A stretch of DNA of 64,000 nucleotides from Clostridia bacterium (GTDB lineage Bacteria; Bacillota; Clostridia; TANB77; CAG-465): the NCBI GenBank assembly GCA_045536565.1, contig JAZSNU010000003.1, forward strand, positions 64,001-128,000. The letters are read 5' to 3'. Both the position numbers and the translations under genes were made by a program. The stretch's first letter is position 1. Each line of letters starts with the position of its first letter. This document shows, piece after piece, positions 1 through 10,505 of the stretch. The notes under the pieces were generated by a model. That model had not been told where the DNA came from and did not search any database. It saw only the letters and a list, made by a program, of their open reading frames with translations.

Positions 1-33
1 TAATAATATATATGTGTATAAGGAGATTTTATA

Positions 34-648
34 ATGGTATTTGTTATATTAGGAGCACCAGGTTCCGGGAAAGGAACAAGGTCAAAAATTTTAGAAGAAA
101 AATTAGGAATAATTCATATTTCTACTGGTAGCCTTATAAGAGAAGATGCTGAGATGTATGAAAAATATAAAGAGGAATTAGAAAAAGGACATCTGCTTTC
201 TGATGAGGTAATTAGTGATATATTAAAAAGAAAACTAGAAAGAGATTGTGCAGGTAAAACCTGTATAATTGATGGATATCCAAGGACTTTAAAACAAGCA
301 TATATACTAGATAAAATGCTAACAGAGATAGGTAGAAAAATAGAGAGAGTTTTCTTGCTAGAAGCGGATATTGATACTATATATTCAAGAATATTAAGTA
401 GAACAGTTTGCAGCTCTTGTGGAAATATATATAACGAAAAGTATGCAAAAGAAAACAATAATAAATGTGGAAAATGTGGAAAAGAACTAACTTTAAGATT
501 AGATGATAATGTTGCAACACTAAAAAACAGAATTAATTTATATCATGAAAATATAGATGAGATAAAAGAATACTATTCTGAGAAAAAAATATTAGAAATA
601 GTTGATGCAAATGAAGATCCAAATAAAATAATAGAAAGGGTAAAATAA
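34..648 (+). CDS. adk: Adenylate kinase (Zn-lid type)
   Basis: P-loop GAPGSGKGT, IDGYPRT motif, CxxC...CxxC lid, upstream of map. Confidence 0.95.
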   Translation: MVFVILGAPGSGKGTRSKILEEKLGIIHISTGSLIREDAEMYEKYKEELEKGHLLSDEVISDILKRKLERDCAGKTCIIDGYPRTLKQAYILDKMLTEIGRKIERVFLLEADIDTIYSRILSRTVCSSCGNIYNEKYAKENNNKCGKCGKELTLRLDDNVATLKNRINLYHENIDEIKEYYSEKKILEIVDANEDPNKIIERVK

Positions 649-649
649 A

Positions 650-1414
650 ATGATACATATAAAATCGGAAAAAGAAATTGAACTAATGAGACAAAGTGCA
701 GAAGTTATGAAAAAAGTTTTAAAAGCAATAAAAGAAGAAATTAAAGAAGGAGTAACCACTTCATATCTAGATTTTGTTGCTGAAAAGGTAATGAAAGAAA
801 ATGGTGCTACTCCATCGTTTAGAGGAGTAGAGTGTCCATATAGAGGAGGCAAAACATACACACATGCAATATGCGTATCAGTAAATGATGAAATAATACA
901 TGGAATACCATCAGGAAGAGTACTAAAAAACGGAGATGTGGTATCGGTTGATGTTGGTGTATACAAAAATGGTTTTCACTCTGATGCCGGAAGAACATTT
1001 ATTGTAGGTGAAGGAAGTAAAATTGCTAAGAAATTAGTACAGGTAACAGAAGCAGCATTTTTTGAAGGAGTAGCACAGGCAGTACCTGGAAATAGAATAG
1101 GTGATATATCAAACGCTATTCAAACATATGTAGAAAAAGCAGGATTTAATCTTCTTCGTGAGTTCCAAGGTCATGGTATAGGAAGAGAAATGCATGAGGA
1201 TCCTGGTGTGCCAAATATAGGTAAAAAAGGAAGAGGTGAAAGACTACAAAAAGGCATGGCTCTTGCCATTGAACCTATGGTTACAGAGGGAAGTGCAGAT
1301 GTATATGTTGCAAAAGATAAATGGACTATAAAAACACAAGATGGTAAACTTACAGCATATTATGAAAATACGATAGTTATAACAGATGGTGAGCCGGAAA
1401 TACTAACACTATAA
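650..1414 (+). CDS. map: Type I methionine aminopeptidase
   Basis: CVSVNDEIIHGIP, SDAGRT, GHGIGREMHEDP, AIEPM motifs. Confidence 0.97.
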   Translation: MIHIKSEKEIELMRQSAEVMKKVLKAIKEEIKEGVTTSYLDFVAEKVMKENGATPSFRGVECPYRGGKTYTHAICVSVNDEIIHGIPSGRVLKNGDVVSVDVGVYKNGFHSDAGRTFIVGEGSKIAKKLVQVTEAAFFEGVAQAVPGNRIGDISNAIQTYVEKAGFNLLREFQGHGIGREMHEDPGVPNIGKKGRGERLQKGMALAIEPMVTEGSADVYVAKDKWTIKTQDGKLTAYYENTIVITDGEPEILTL

Positions 1415-1545
1415 CATAAATAATACACAAATTATTAATAGATGAGTTAATAATTTGGTTGTTTTTCATAGCAATATCAAAATAACAAGTGTTGACAATT
1501 TTTGCCTTTTTAGTGTAACATATATACGGAAAAGAGGTGAAAAAT

Positions 1546-2235
1546 ATGGAAAATGAAAATGTTGGTGGAGAAGTAAATAACATATCAGTAGAAGAAAAAT
1601 CAAAAAGCTCTGATAAAAAAATGATTGTTAAAATAGTAGTAGGAGTATTAATATTTTTAGCATTAATTGGTATAGCAGGTTTCTTGTTTGTGCGTTCTAT
1701 GATGTCAAATGCAGTAGACTCAATAGTTGGCTTAGGAACATCACTTGTAGATGATGCTATGGATAATTCATCTGATATAGCAAATCAAGTACAAAGCAAT
1801 ATAAAAGATACTGCAACATCAATTAAAAATTCTGCTAATACCAAAACTGCTATAACAGCAGATACATTCGCTGAAATAATGCAACAAAAAGGTTATGAAG
1901 TTGGTGATGTTACTATTCAATTTGCTCAATATGGTGATTATATGAAAAAAGCATATGGTGCTAGAACAAGTACTCACCAAATAGAATTTTACGAATTATC
2001 TACTGTGGCAAATGCAATGGATATGTATAATACTAATAAAAACATATTTGAAAGTCAAAAAGGTGGTACATCATCGTATTCTACTGTAAGCAAAGGTAAT
2101 TACAATACATATACTTTAACAACAAATGGAAAATATAAATATATATGTAGAGTAGATAATACATTTATATATATGGATGTTGCAGAGGAATACAAAGATG
2201 TAGTAAAAAATATTGTAAGTGAATTAGGATATTAA
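1546..2235 (+). CDS. Single-TM membrane-anchored hypothetical protein with probable extracellular domain
   Basis: ORF with one N-terminal hydrophobic helix; SD AAGAGGTG before ATG 1546; no family recognised. Confidence 0.75.
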   Translation: MENENVGGEVNNISVEEKSKSSDKKMIVKIVVGVLIFLALIGIAGFLFVRSMMSNAVDSIVGLGTSLVDDAMDNSSDIANQVQSNIKDTATSIKNSANTKTAITADTFAEIMQQKGYEVGDVTIQFAQYGDYMKKAYGARTSTHQIEFYELSTVANAMDMYNTNKNIFESQKGGTSSYSTVSKGNYNTYTLTTNGKYKYICRVDNTFIYMDVAEEYKDVVKNIVSELGY

Positions 2236-2441
2236 TGATAGAATAATATAAAAATAGTATATAATTTTATATTTATAAAAACAAAATAATATGTAGTCTA
2301 AAAATTACATAAAATAGCCCAAAAGTTAACAAAAACAGTTGACTTTGGGCTGTTTTTGTTTTATAATAAACATGTTAGACTGTGGTATTTTGCCTGCGTG
2401 GTAAAATACATTGTACTATATAGTTATATTGGGAGGAAAAT

Positions 2442-2660
2442 ATGGCAAAAGATGATGTTATAGAAGTTGATGGAGTAGTAACAGAAGCACTACCTAATGC
2501 TACATTTAAAGTAGAATTAGAAAACGGACATCAAGTATTAGCTCATATATCTGGTAAATTAAGAATGCATTATATTAAAATATTACCAGGTGATAAAGTA
2601 AAACTAGAATTATCAACTTATGATTTACAAAAAGGTAGAATCATTTGGAGAGATAAATAA
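2442..2660 (+). CDS. infA: Translation initiation factor IF-1
   Basis: [11 protein letters not shown]...LPNATF...[17 protein letters not shown]. Confidence 0.98.
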   Translation: MAKDDVIEVDGVVTEALPNATFKVELENGHQVLAHISGKLRMHYIKILPGDKVKLELSTYDLQKGRIIWRDK

Positions 2661-2787
2661 TTAATTTGCTTAAAACAAAAAACGGGAGCGGCTGTTGAGA
2701 TAAATGTGTACAATCTCAATTTCTTAGTTTTTGTTTTATATATATAATCATACGCAAAGTAGATAGGAATTTTTAAGGAGGATAACT

Positions 2788-2901
2788 ATGAAAGTAAGAC
2801 CATCTGTAAAAAAGATTTGCGAAAAATGTAAAGTTATTAAAAGAGCAGGTGTGGTTAGGGTAATATGCGAAAATCCTAAACACAAGCAAAGACAAGGTTA
2901 A
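2788..2901 (+). CDS. rpmJ: 50S ribosomal protein L36 (not in ORF track)
   Basis: Manual translation [37 protein letters not shown]; SD AAGGAGG; between infA and rpsM. Confidence 0.98.
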   Translation: MKVRPSVKKICEKCKVIKRAGVVRVICENPKHKQRQG

Positions 2902-2915
2902 GGGGGTAATTTAAA

Positions 2916-3287
2916 GTGGCAAGAATAGCAGGAATAGACTTACCTAAAAACAAAAAAGTAGAAATAGGTTTAACTTATATCTACGGTATTGGTAGAACTT
3001 CTTCATTAAAAATATTAGAAGAAGCTAAAATTGATTTATCAAAAAGAATCAAAGATTTAACTGATGATGAAGTAGCTAAAATAAGAGCTATAATCGATAG
3101 AGATTATACAGTTGAAGGCGACCTTAAAAGAGAAGTTTCTTTAAATATTAAGAGACTTATGGAAATAAACTGTTTTAGAGGACAAAGACATAAGAGAAAA
3201 TTACCAGTCAGAGGTCAAAGAACAAAAACTAACGCAAGAACAAGAAAAGGCCCAAGAAAAGTTGTGGCTGGAAAGAAGGGGGTATAG
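2916..3287 (+). CDS. rpsM: 30S ribosomal protein S13
   Basis: [10 protein letters not shown]...[17 protein letters not shown]. Confidence 0.98.
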   Translation: MARIAGIDLPKNKKVEIGLTYIYGIGRTSSLKILEEAKIDLSKRIKDLTDDEVAKIRAIIDRDYTVEGDLKREVSLNIKRLMEINCFRGQRHKRKLPVRGQRTKTNARTRKGPRKVVAGKKGV

Positions 3288-3290
3288 TAA

Positions 3291-3683
3291 ATGGCACCTA
3301 GAAAGAAAACAACAACAAAAAGAAAAGTTAAAAAGAATGTACCAAATGGTGTTGCTCACATACACTCATCTTTTAACAATACTATTGTTACAATGAGTGA
3401 TGAAAACGGAAATGTTTTATCATGGGCAAGTGCTGGAGGACTTGGATTTAAAGGTTCAAGAAAAAATACTCCATTCGCTGCATCAGAAGCAGCAACAGTT
3501 GCAGCAAATGCAGCTAAAGAACATGGTTTAAAATCAGTTCAAGTATATATAAAAGGGCCTGGAGCAGGTAGAGAAGCAGCTATAAGAGCACTTCAAACTG
3601 CTGGACTTGAAATCAGTATGATTAAAGATGTAAGTCCAATACCACACAATGGTTGCAGACCACCAAAGAGAAGAAGAGTTTAA
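3291..3683 (+). CDS. rpsK: 30S ribosomal protein S11
   Basis: [26 protein letters not shown]. Confidence 0.98.
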   Translation: MAPRKKTTTKRKVKKNVPNGVAHIHSSFNNTIVTMSDENGNVLSWASAGGLGFKGSRKNTPFAASEAATVAANAAKEHGLKSVQVYIKGPGAGREAAIRALQTAGLEISMIKDVSPIPHNGCRPPKRRRV

Positions 3684-3699
3684 TCGGGGGTGAAGATAA

Positions 3700-4329
3700 A
3701 TGGCAAGATATACTGACGCACTATGCAAAAAATGCAGAAGAGAAGGTGCTAAATTATTCCTTAAGGGGGAAAGATGTAATACAGGTAAATGTGCTATCGA
3801 AAGAAGAGCTTATGCACCTGGACAACATGGAAAAAACAAATCTAAATTATCTGAATATGGTCTTCAACTTCGTGCAAAACAAAAAACAAAGACATATTAC
3901 AGAGTATCAGAATCACAATTTAGAAAATATTATGAAAAAGCATTCGCAAGTAAAGGAGTTACTTCTGAAGTATTATTCCAATACTTAGAAACAAGATTAG
4001 ATAATGTAGCATACAGAATGGGACTTGGAGCTTCAAGAGCAGAAGCAAGACAATTAGTTAGCTATGGAATGCTTGAAGTAAATGGTAAAAAAGTTAATAT
4101 CCCATCATACATCGTAAGAGTTGGGGATGTTATAAAAATAAGAGACGCTAAAAAAGACAATAACGCTGTTAAGGTAGCTTTAGAAAAAACAGCTTCTAGA
4201 AATATCCCAGCATGGATGGAAGCAAATAAAGAAAGAACAGAAGTTAAAATCTTAAGATTACCTGCAAGAGAAGAAGTAGATTTAGATGTACAAGAAAACT
4301 TAATTATTGAGTTATACTCTAAGAACTAA
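3700..4329 (+). CDS. rpsD: 30S ribosomal protein S4
   Basis: CKKCRREG, APGQHG, LETRLDN. Confidence 0.98.
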   Translation: MARYTDALCKKCRREGAKLFLKGERCNTGKCAIERRAYAPGQHGKNKSKLSEYGLQLRAKQKTKTYYRVSESQFRKYYEKAFASKGVTSEVLFQYLETRLDNVAYRMGLGASRAEARQLVSYGMLEVNGKKVNIPSYIVRVGDVIKIRDAKKDNNAVKVALEKTASRNIPAWMEANKERTEVKILRLPAREEVDLDVQENLIIELYSKN

Positions 4330-4385
4330 TAAAAATCATTTGTTTATAATACGTGTAATCAGAGCGTATTAGAAGGAGGATAAAA

Positions 4386-5333
4386 ATGGTTGAAATGAAG
4401 AGACCAAATATTAATTGTGTTGAAATTGATGTTGACACATATTATGCGAGGTTTGAGGTAGAGCCTTTAGAAAGAGGGTTCGGAATTACTTTAGGAAACT
4501 CATTAAGGAGAATACTACTATCATCTTTACCAGGTTATGCAATTAACACTGTAAAAATAGCAAATGTAGCTCATGAGTTTTCAACTATCACAGGAGTTAC
4601 AGAAGATGTTACAGATTTAATGCTTAACTTAAAACAAGTTTGTATCAAAGCAGAAGGCGAAGATATGAAAGAACTTAAAATTGATGTTAAGGGGCCTTGT
4701 GAAGTTACAGCAGCTGACATCATCGGTGATTCAACAGTTGAAATCATCAATAAAGATTTACATATTGCATATGTTGATGAAGGCGGAGAACTTAAAGCAG
4801 ATATGACTGCTATAAGAGGTAGAGGTTATACACCAGGAAATGTTAATAAAGCAGAAAGTGGTGTTGTAAATACTCTTCCAATAGATTCAATATTTACACC
4901 AGTTAAAAAAGCAAACTTTACTGTTGAAAAAACAAGAGTTGGTCAAGATATAGATTACGACAAATTAACATTAGAGATTTGGACAAATGGTGTAATCGAG
5001 CCATATGAAGCATTATCTATGGCAGCAAGAATATTAGACGAACATTTAGAACTATTTATAGATTTATCTGAAATAGCTAAAAACATGTCTATAATGTCTC
5101 AAAAAGAATTATCTGAAAGAGATAAAATGTTAGAAACAGCAATTGAAGAATTAGAATTTTCAGTAAGATCATATAACTGTTTAAAAAGAGCAGGTATACA
5201 CACTGTTGGTGATATAGTTGCTAGAACAGAACATGATATGATGAAAGTTAGAAATTTAGGAAAGAAATCATTAGATGAAGTTATAAACAAAGTAAAATCA
5301 CTTGGTTTACAATTTAAAACTATTGAAGAGTAG
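4386..5333 (+). CDS. rpoA: RNA polymerase alpha subunit
   Basis: EPLERGFGITLGNSLRRILLSSLPG; alpha-CTD SVRSYNCLKRAGI. Confidence 0.98.
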   Translation: MVEMKRPNINCVEIDVDTYYARFEVEPLERGFGITLGNSLRRILLSSLPGYAINTVKIANVAHEFSTITGVTEDVTDLMLNLKQVCIKAEGEDMKELKIDVKGPCEVTAADIIGDSTVEIINKDLHIAYVDEGGELKADMTAIRGRGYTPGNVNKAESGVVNTLPIDSIFTPVKKANFTVEKTRVGQDIDYDKLTLEIWTNGVIEPYEALSMAARILDEHLELFIDLSEIAKNMSIMSQKELSERDKMLETAIEELEFSVRSYNCLKRAGIHTVGDIVARTEHDMMKVRNLGKKSLDEVINKVKSLGLQFKTIEE

Positions 5334-5345
5334 GAGGAATTTAAA

Positions 5346-5870
5346 ATGCCTAAAACAAATAGACTATCAAGAACAGAATCACAAAGAAATGCACTATTAA
5401 AAGGGCTAGTTACAAGTCTTATCTTAAATGGTAGAGTTGAAACTACTCTTGCTAAAGCTAAAGCTCTTAAACCTTTAGCAGATAGCATAGTTAGTCTTGC
5501 AATAGCAGAAAAAGATAACGTTGTTGAAAAAGAAAAAACAATTTCAAGTGCAAAACTTGATAAAAACGGTAAAAAAGTTAAAGTTGAAAAAACATCTAAA
5601 AACGGTAAAAAATATGAAGTTATAGAGAGAGAAATTAAGAAAGTAACTGTTAAAGTTGACGCTCCATCTAAACTTGCAGCTAGAAAGAAAATGTTTAAAT
5701 TAATCAACAAAATAAAAGACAATAATGGAAAAACTATTGATTTAACAGATAAATTATTCGATGAAATCGCACCAAAATATGAAGCAAACAAAGGTGGTTA
5801 TACTAGAATAACTAAATTAGTTGCTAGAAAAGGTGACGGTGCTGAAATGGCAGTTGTTGAATTAATATAA
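5346..5870 (+). CDS. rplQ: 50S ribosomal protein L17 with Lys-rich internal insertion
   Basis: [32 protein letters not shown]; follows rpoA. Confidence 0.96.
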   Translation: MPKTNRLSRTESQRNALLKGLVTSLILNGRVETTLAKAKALKPLADSIVSLAIAEKDNVVEKEKTISSAKLDKNGKKVKVEKTSKNGKKYEVIEREIKKVTVKVDAPSKLAARKKMFKLINKIKDNNGKTIDLTDKLFDEIAPKYEANKGGYTRITKLVARKGDGAEMAVVELI

Positions 5871-5889
5871 TTAACATTGTAAAACAAAG

Positions 5890-5920
5890 AAACGGAATCA
5901 ATTAAGATTCCGTTTTTTTT
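5890..5920 (+). terminator. Rho-independent terminator of the alpha operon
   Basis: AAACGGAATC / GATTCCGTTT stem followed by a T-run. Confidence 0.85.
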
Positions 5921-5923
5921 GTA

Positions 5924-6091
5924 TTAAAATAATGTGTTGGCAATTTTTGTTACAATCACCATAATGGCGAAGCCTATAACACTTGCAATTGTAGCAAATC
6001 CCCAATTCTCTTTCTTAGATGCTAGCCAAGTTGCAAGACATATCAAGGTTACAAGGGCAAGTATAATTGCTATAATTTTAGCTAAAATCAT
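5924..6091 (-). CDS. 55-aa two-TM small protein (MILAKIIAIILALVTLICLATWLASKKENWGFATIASVIGFAIMVIVTKIANTLF)
   Basis: Manual translation; SD AAGGAG upstream; two hydrophobic helices. Confidence 0.7.
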   Translation of the reverse strand: MILAKIIAIILALVTLICLATWLASKKENWGFATIASVIGFAIMVIVTKIANTLF

Positions 6092-6115
6092 GTTACATCA
6101 CTCCTTAAATTTTTA

Positions 6116-6283
6116 TTAGAAACTTGAAATTATAGTACATATAGTTCCTATGGCTAAAAATATCAGTGGCCATGGGTGCTTGGAATTGATTTTAATGGTA
6201 TCTGTGTTTTTGTCTAAATTGATAAATAAAGATATCCATACTAGAATTAAAGTGACAACACCAATAGTTTTTACTACAATCAT
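6116..6283 (-). CDS. 55-aa two-TM small protein (MIVVKTIGVVTLILVWISLFINLDKNTDTIKINSKHPWPLIFLAIGTICTIISSF)
   Basis: Manual translation; SD AGGAGG 7 nt upstream of ATG; two hydrophobic helices. Confidence 0.7.
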   Translation of the reverse strand: MIVVKTIGVVTLILVWISLFINLDKNTDTIKINSKHPWPLIFLAIGTICTIISSF

Positions 6284-6450
6284 AAAAAAACCTCCTAAAA
6301 AAGTATAATTATATATTTTATTTTTTACATTAATACATTACTATTATACCATAGTTAACATAAAATATCAAGCATACACTAGTATACTTGATATTTTAGT
6401 AAAAAAGAGTATAATAATTAATATAATTTAAATATTATGGAGATGTTAAA

Positions 6451-6948
6451 ATGAAACTTAATATAGTATTGGTGGAACCTGAAATACCACAAAACACAGG
6501 AAATATAGCAAGAACTTGTGCGGCGATAGGAGCGAAACTGCATTTAGTGCATCCGCTTGGTTTTGATATATCTGAAAAACAAGTTAAAAGAGCGGGACTA
6601 GATTACTGGGATAAATTAGATATAGAAGAACATGAAAGTTTAGATAAGTTTTTGGAAAAGTATGATATAAATAAACAAGATATGTATTTAGTATCAACAA
6701 AAGCAACACATGTATATAGTGATGTGAATTATTCAAATAAGGATGAAATATTTTTGCTTTTTGGAAAAGAAACAAAGGGACTACCAGAAAGTCTTTTAAA
6801 ATCGAATTTGGAAAAAACAATTCGTATTCCTATGGGATATAATATTCGTTCTTTAAATCTTTCTAATTCTGTTGCGATAGTAGCATATGAAGTAATGAAA
6901 CAATGTAATTTTGATGGTTTACAAGAAACAAGTGAATATTTATTATAA
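6451..6948 (+). CDS. trmL: tRNA (cytidine/uridine-34-2'-O)-methyltransferase
   Basis: PEIPQNTGNIARTC, KRAGLDYW, FGKETKGLP, RSLNLSN SPOUT motifs. Confidence 0.95.
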   Translation: MKLNIVLVEPEIPQNTGNIARTCAAIGAKLHLVHPLGFDISEKQVKRAGLDYWDKLDIEEHESLDKFLEKYDINKQDMYLVSTKATHVYSDVNYSNKDEIFLLFGKETKGLPESLLKSNLEKTIRIPMGYNIRSLNLSNSVAIVAYEVMKQCNFDGLQETSEYLL

Positions 6949-6968
6949 CAAAACAAACATGCTAAATA

Positions 6969-8162
6969 TTACAGCATGTTTGTTTTATCATTATTTAAAT
7001 TACTGTTACAAATAATTTCATATATATTTGTAGAATTAAAATCAAGTAGTAAACTTTCCTTAGTTTTTTGTTCTAAGTTATCTATATTATTATCGTTTAT
7101 ATTCGCTAGAATTGGAATAGAAGAGCTTTTGTTAAGTGTACTTAAAATATTATTATCTTTATTTACTTTTAATATTCTAGCGTAATATTTACTATTTAAT
7201 GCATCATATTTTTCCTTTGTTATATCTAGTAATATATGGACTAAGATGCGTTTTATTCTGCTCATAGCATATCTTTTACTTTTTATATTATTAATTAATT
7301 CATCATAAGTTTTAGAATTAATAGCCTCTTCATATATTTTGTTTTCTAATCCCTCTGATACATCGTATATATTATGTATATTTTCTTTTCCAAGAGTAAG
7401 GATTTTGTATCTTAATAATTTAGACATGTCTTCATTGAATGATATATTTGAATTATTTAATATTTCATAAGTTTCGTTAGGTATAAAATTTACGATATCA
7501 TTTATATTTTTTGTTTCCTCTAATTTATTTCTTATACTTGTAGCACTTGTAAAAATACTCTCGTTGTTCAGATTGTTATCATTGTGATTTGAATCTTTTC
7601 TAGTTATACCAACAGGTATTATTTTACTGTTTAATAGTTTTAGAGATTTTAGATATTCTATTGCAAGAATGTTGTTAGGCTTTGAAAATTCGTTATACTC
7701 AATATCAGTAAGAATTGATTTTAAGGTATTATCTCTTGCAACAGCATAAGATATGCCGTTTTTGATTTTGTTTTTTATAGCAGTATTAATTGCATCATTG
7801 TTTGTTAATAGCTTAGTTGCAATGCTATTTAATATATCTATATTATCACACTCAGTTCCAAATACTAAATAGTCAACTATGTTTAATTTATCTAATATGC
7901 TAACTGCCCCATATGCAAACATTTCAGCACTTGATACAGCAAATATTGTTGGTAGTTCAATAACTAAATCTGCACCATTTTTTATTGCCATTTCTGCTCT
8001 TTTAAATTTATCTGTAATTGCAATATTTCCTTGCTGAGTAAAAGAGCCTGACATAATGACTATAACGGTATCTGCACCTGTTAATTCTTTTGCTTTTTTA
8101 ATTTGATATTTATGACCATTATGAAATGGGTTATACTCTGCTATTATTCCAACTGTTTTCAT
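6969..8162 (-). CDS. tmcAL: tRNA(Met) cytidine acetate ligase (HIGH nucleotidyltransferase family)
   Basis: GIIAEYNPFHNGH, GADLVIELP, PNNILAIEY, SATSIR; start placed at MKTVG (8162) by SD. Confidence 0.9.
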   Translation of the reverse strand: MKTVGIIAEYNPFHNGHKYQIKKAKELTGADTVIVIMSGSFTQQGNIAITDKFKRAEMAIKNGADLVIELPTIFAVSSAEMFAYGAVSILDKLNIVDYLVFGTECDNIDILNSIATKLLTNNDAINTAIKNKIKNGISYAVARDNTLKSILTDIEYNEFSKPNNILAIEYLKSLKLLNSKIIPVGITRKDSNHNDNNLNNESIFTSATSIRNKLEETKNINDIVNFIPNETYEILNNSNISFNEDMSKLLRYKILTLGKENIHNIYDVSEGLENKIYEEAINSKTYDELINNIKSKRYAMSRIKRILVHILLDITKEKYDALNSKYYARILKVNKDNNILSTLNKSSSIPILANINDNNIDNLEQKTKESLLLDFNSTNIYEIICNSNLNNDKTNML

Positions 8163-8268
8163 TTTTTCTCCTTGATATATTGAAATATTATCTAATTCTA
8201 GATATAATATGATATCATAAATATTGAAAATAATCAATTAGAGTTGATTTATATGTAGGTGATATATA

Positions 8269-8709
8269 ATGAATAAAGAAGTTACAATATATACAGATGG
8301 AGCGTGTAGCGGTAACCCTGGACCAGGTGGTTATGGTGCAATACTTATGTATGGTGATAATATAAAAGAAATATCTGGGGGAGAAGCAAATACTACTAAT
8401 AATAAAATGGAACTAATGGCTGCGATAGTGGCATTGGAAATGTTAAAAGAGCCTTGCAATGTTAAATTATATAGTGATAGTGCATATCTAATAAATGCAT
8501 ATAACCAGAAATGGATAGATGGATGGAAAAAGAATGGTTGGAAAAACAGTAATAAAAAAGAAGTAAAAAATAGAGAGTTGTGGGAAAGGTTAGATAGACA
8601 GATTAATATTCATAATGTAGAGTTTATTAAGGTAAAAGGACATAGCGATAATGAATATAACAATAGATGTGATAAAATGGCAGTAGAAGAATCTAAAAAA
8701 TTCATGTAA
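8269..8709 (+). CDS. rnhA: Ribonuclease HI
   Basis: [37 protein letters not shown]. Confidence 0.97.
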   Translation: MNKEVTIYTDGACSGNPGPGGYGAILMYGDNIKEISGGEANTTNNKMELMAAIVALEMLKEPCNVKLYSDSAYLINAYNQKWIDGWKKNGWKNSNKKEVKNRELWERLDRQINIHNVEFIKVKGHSDNEYNNRCDKMAVEESKKFM

Positions 8710-8771
8710 TAAAATACATATGCTTGTATAAATAAATCACTTAACACATATGATGTGGTAGGTGATTTATT

Positions 8772-9389
8772 TTGTTAAAGAACATGGTTAAAGAATATAT
8801 AAATCAAAATAGAAAGATAGTAACAGGTTTGTTTATATGTATATTAGCGGGAATGGTAGCGGGTTTGTTAGTATATAACTTTTCAGATAAGGAAATAAAA
8901 GATGTTTTAGTAGAGCAAATGACACAGTCAATAAAAGCATCTGGTGAAGGAGAAGTTATAAAAACAAACATGGTATATAATGGAATGAAAAATAACATTA
9001 TATTAGTGCTTTTTATGTTTTTGTTTAGCATAATGTTATATGGCACAATTTTAATATATTTACTTTATATTATTAAGGGAACTGCTATTGGAATATATAT
9101 AGGTACATTGTTTGGCGTTTTTGGGTTTTGGTGGGGTATTTTAGCAATACTTGTATTAATTATATTAGTAAATATAGTTTATTTACCAGGAATCATATTT
9201 ATAGGTAGTACATTTGTAAATTATAACTTAAATGTATTAGAGTATAAAAATGAAATTAGAAAAGTTGATTCTATATCTAAGGTTCTTTTTAAAGTGTTTT
9301 GTGGTATGGTAATAATATTTTCTAGTATAATAATAGAACAATTATTGAGTAATATTGCTATAAAAATATATAATTGTATTCAAAAATAG
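8772..9389 (+). CDS. spoIIM: Stage II sporulation protein M
   Basis: ~205-aa multi-TM protein directly upstream of xerD, the conserved firmicute position. Confidence 0.75.
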   Translation: MLKNMVKEYINQNRKIVTGLFICILAGMVAGLLVYNFSDKEIKDVLVEQMTQSIKASGEGEVIKTNMVYNGMKNNIILVLFMFLFSIMLYGTILIYLLYIIKGTAIGIYIGTLFGVFGFWWGILAILVLIILVNIVYLPGIIFIGSTFVNYNLNVLEYKNEIRKVDSISKVLFKVFCGMVIIFSSIIIEQLLSNIAIKIYNCIQK

Positions 9390-9565
9390 TTGGTTTTTAA
9401 AGGTATTTTGCCAAGTATTTTAAAAAATATTGGGGAACATTACATAAAAAATGAAAAAGTAGTTGCAAAATTAAATAAAATGGTGTAAAATAATGTAGAA
9501 AATAAATAAGGTAAGCATAACACCGTAATATAAAGTTGTGTAATGTATTGAATGAGGTAAAAGCA

Positions 9566-10447
9566 ATGGAACTTATTATTCAAGATTTTATTGAATACTT
9601 GAAAAGTAGACAAGTATCAAAAAACACATTAGTATCTTACGAAAGAGATATTAATCAGTTAGTAGCACATTTAAATCAAGTTGGTAAAAAAATGGTAGAT
9701 GCCAAAGAAGAAGATTTACAAAACTATGTTGTATACATGCAAACAGTTGGAAAATCAAATGCTACTATTTCTAGAAGTGTGGCTTCTATAAAAGCATTTT
9801 ATAAGTATTTATTAAAAAATAAAGTAATTGAAGAAAATATCACAGAGGGATTAGTGGCTCCAAAAGTAGAGAAAAAAGAGCTATCAATACTTACTCCAAA
9901 GGAAGTAGAGTGCTTACTTGAACAACCAAGTTCAGATGACTTAAAAGGTCAAAGAGATAAAGCGATGCTTGAAGTGTTGTATGCTACTGGAATAAGAGTA
10001 ACAGAATTGATTTCTATTAGAATTGCAGATGTTAATCTTAATGCTGGATATATCAAAGTTAAAAAGAAAAATAAAGAAAGAACAATTCCTGTTGGGAATG
10101 TTGCTTTAAAATGCTTAAAAGAATATGTAGAAAATGTTAGACCACTTCTAATAAAAACTGAGGAAGAAGAAACTTTATTTATAAATGCGAACGGACAAAA
10201 GATGACAAGACAAGGATTCTGGAAAATACTAAAACAATATAAGGATCAAGCTAAAATAGACAAAGAATTAACACCACACACTATAAGACACTCATTTGCT
10301 GTACATTTATTACAAAATGGTGCAGAAGTTAAAATGGTACAAGAAATACTTGGACATACTGATGTAGCATCAACATTAATGTACACTCAAATGGCAGACA
10401 TGAAGTTAAGAGATGAATATTTAAAAGCTCATCCAAGAGGAAACTAA
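9566..10447 (+). CDS. xerD: Site-specific tyrosine recombinase XerD/RipX
   Basis: RDKAMLEVLYATGIRVTEL, TRQGFW, TPHTIRHSFAVHLL, LGH...Y, C-terminal HPR. Confidence 0.92.
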   Translation: MELIIQDFIEYLKSRQVSKNTLVSYERDINQLVAHLNQVGKKMVDAKEEDLQNYVVYMQTVGKSNATISRSVASIKAFYKYLLKNKVIEENITEGLVAPKVEKKELSILTPKEVECLLEQPSSDDLKGQRDKAMLEVLYATGIRVTELISIRIADVNLNAGYIKVKKKNKERTIPVGNVALKCLKEYVENVRPLLIKTEEEETLFINANGQKMTRQGFWKILKQYKDQAKIDKELTPHTIRHSFAVHLLQNGAEVKMVQEILGHTDVASTLMYTQMADMKLRDEYLKAHPRGN

Positions 10448-10505
10448 GAATATTATTGATGGCGAATACCTTTATGGTGTTCGCTTATGTTTTAAGGAGA
10501 AATGT

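Noticed and set aside
5099-5791. 230-aa minus-strand ORF and the many other antisense ORFs in the track (e.g. 114-458, 19602-20042, 25062-25514, 57481-57957)
   Set aside because: They are shadow ORFs opposite well-supported genes, with Ser/Phe/Leu/Ile-biased composition and no SD or motifs.
5934-6119. Plus-strand 61-aa ORF from the track
   Set aside because: It has no SD and is antisense to the better-supported minus-strand microprotein at 5924-6091.
9566-10447. Tyrosine recombinase as a prophage/ICE integrase or as the islet's integrase
   Set aside because: Length, motifs and the spoIIM-adjacent position match housekeeping XerD; no att sites or mobile cargo flank it.
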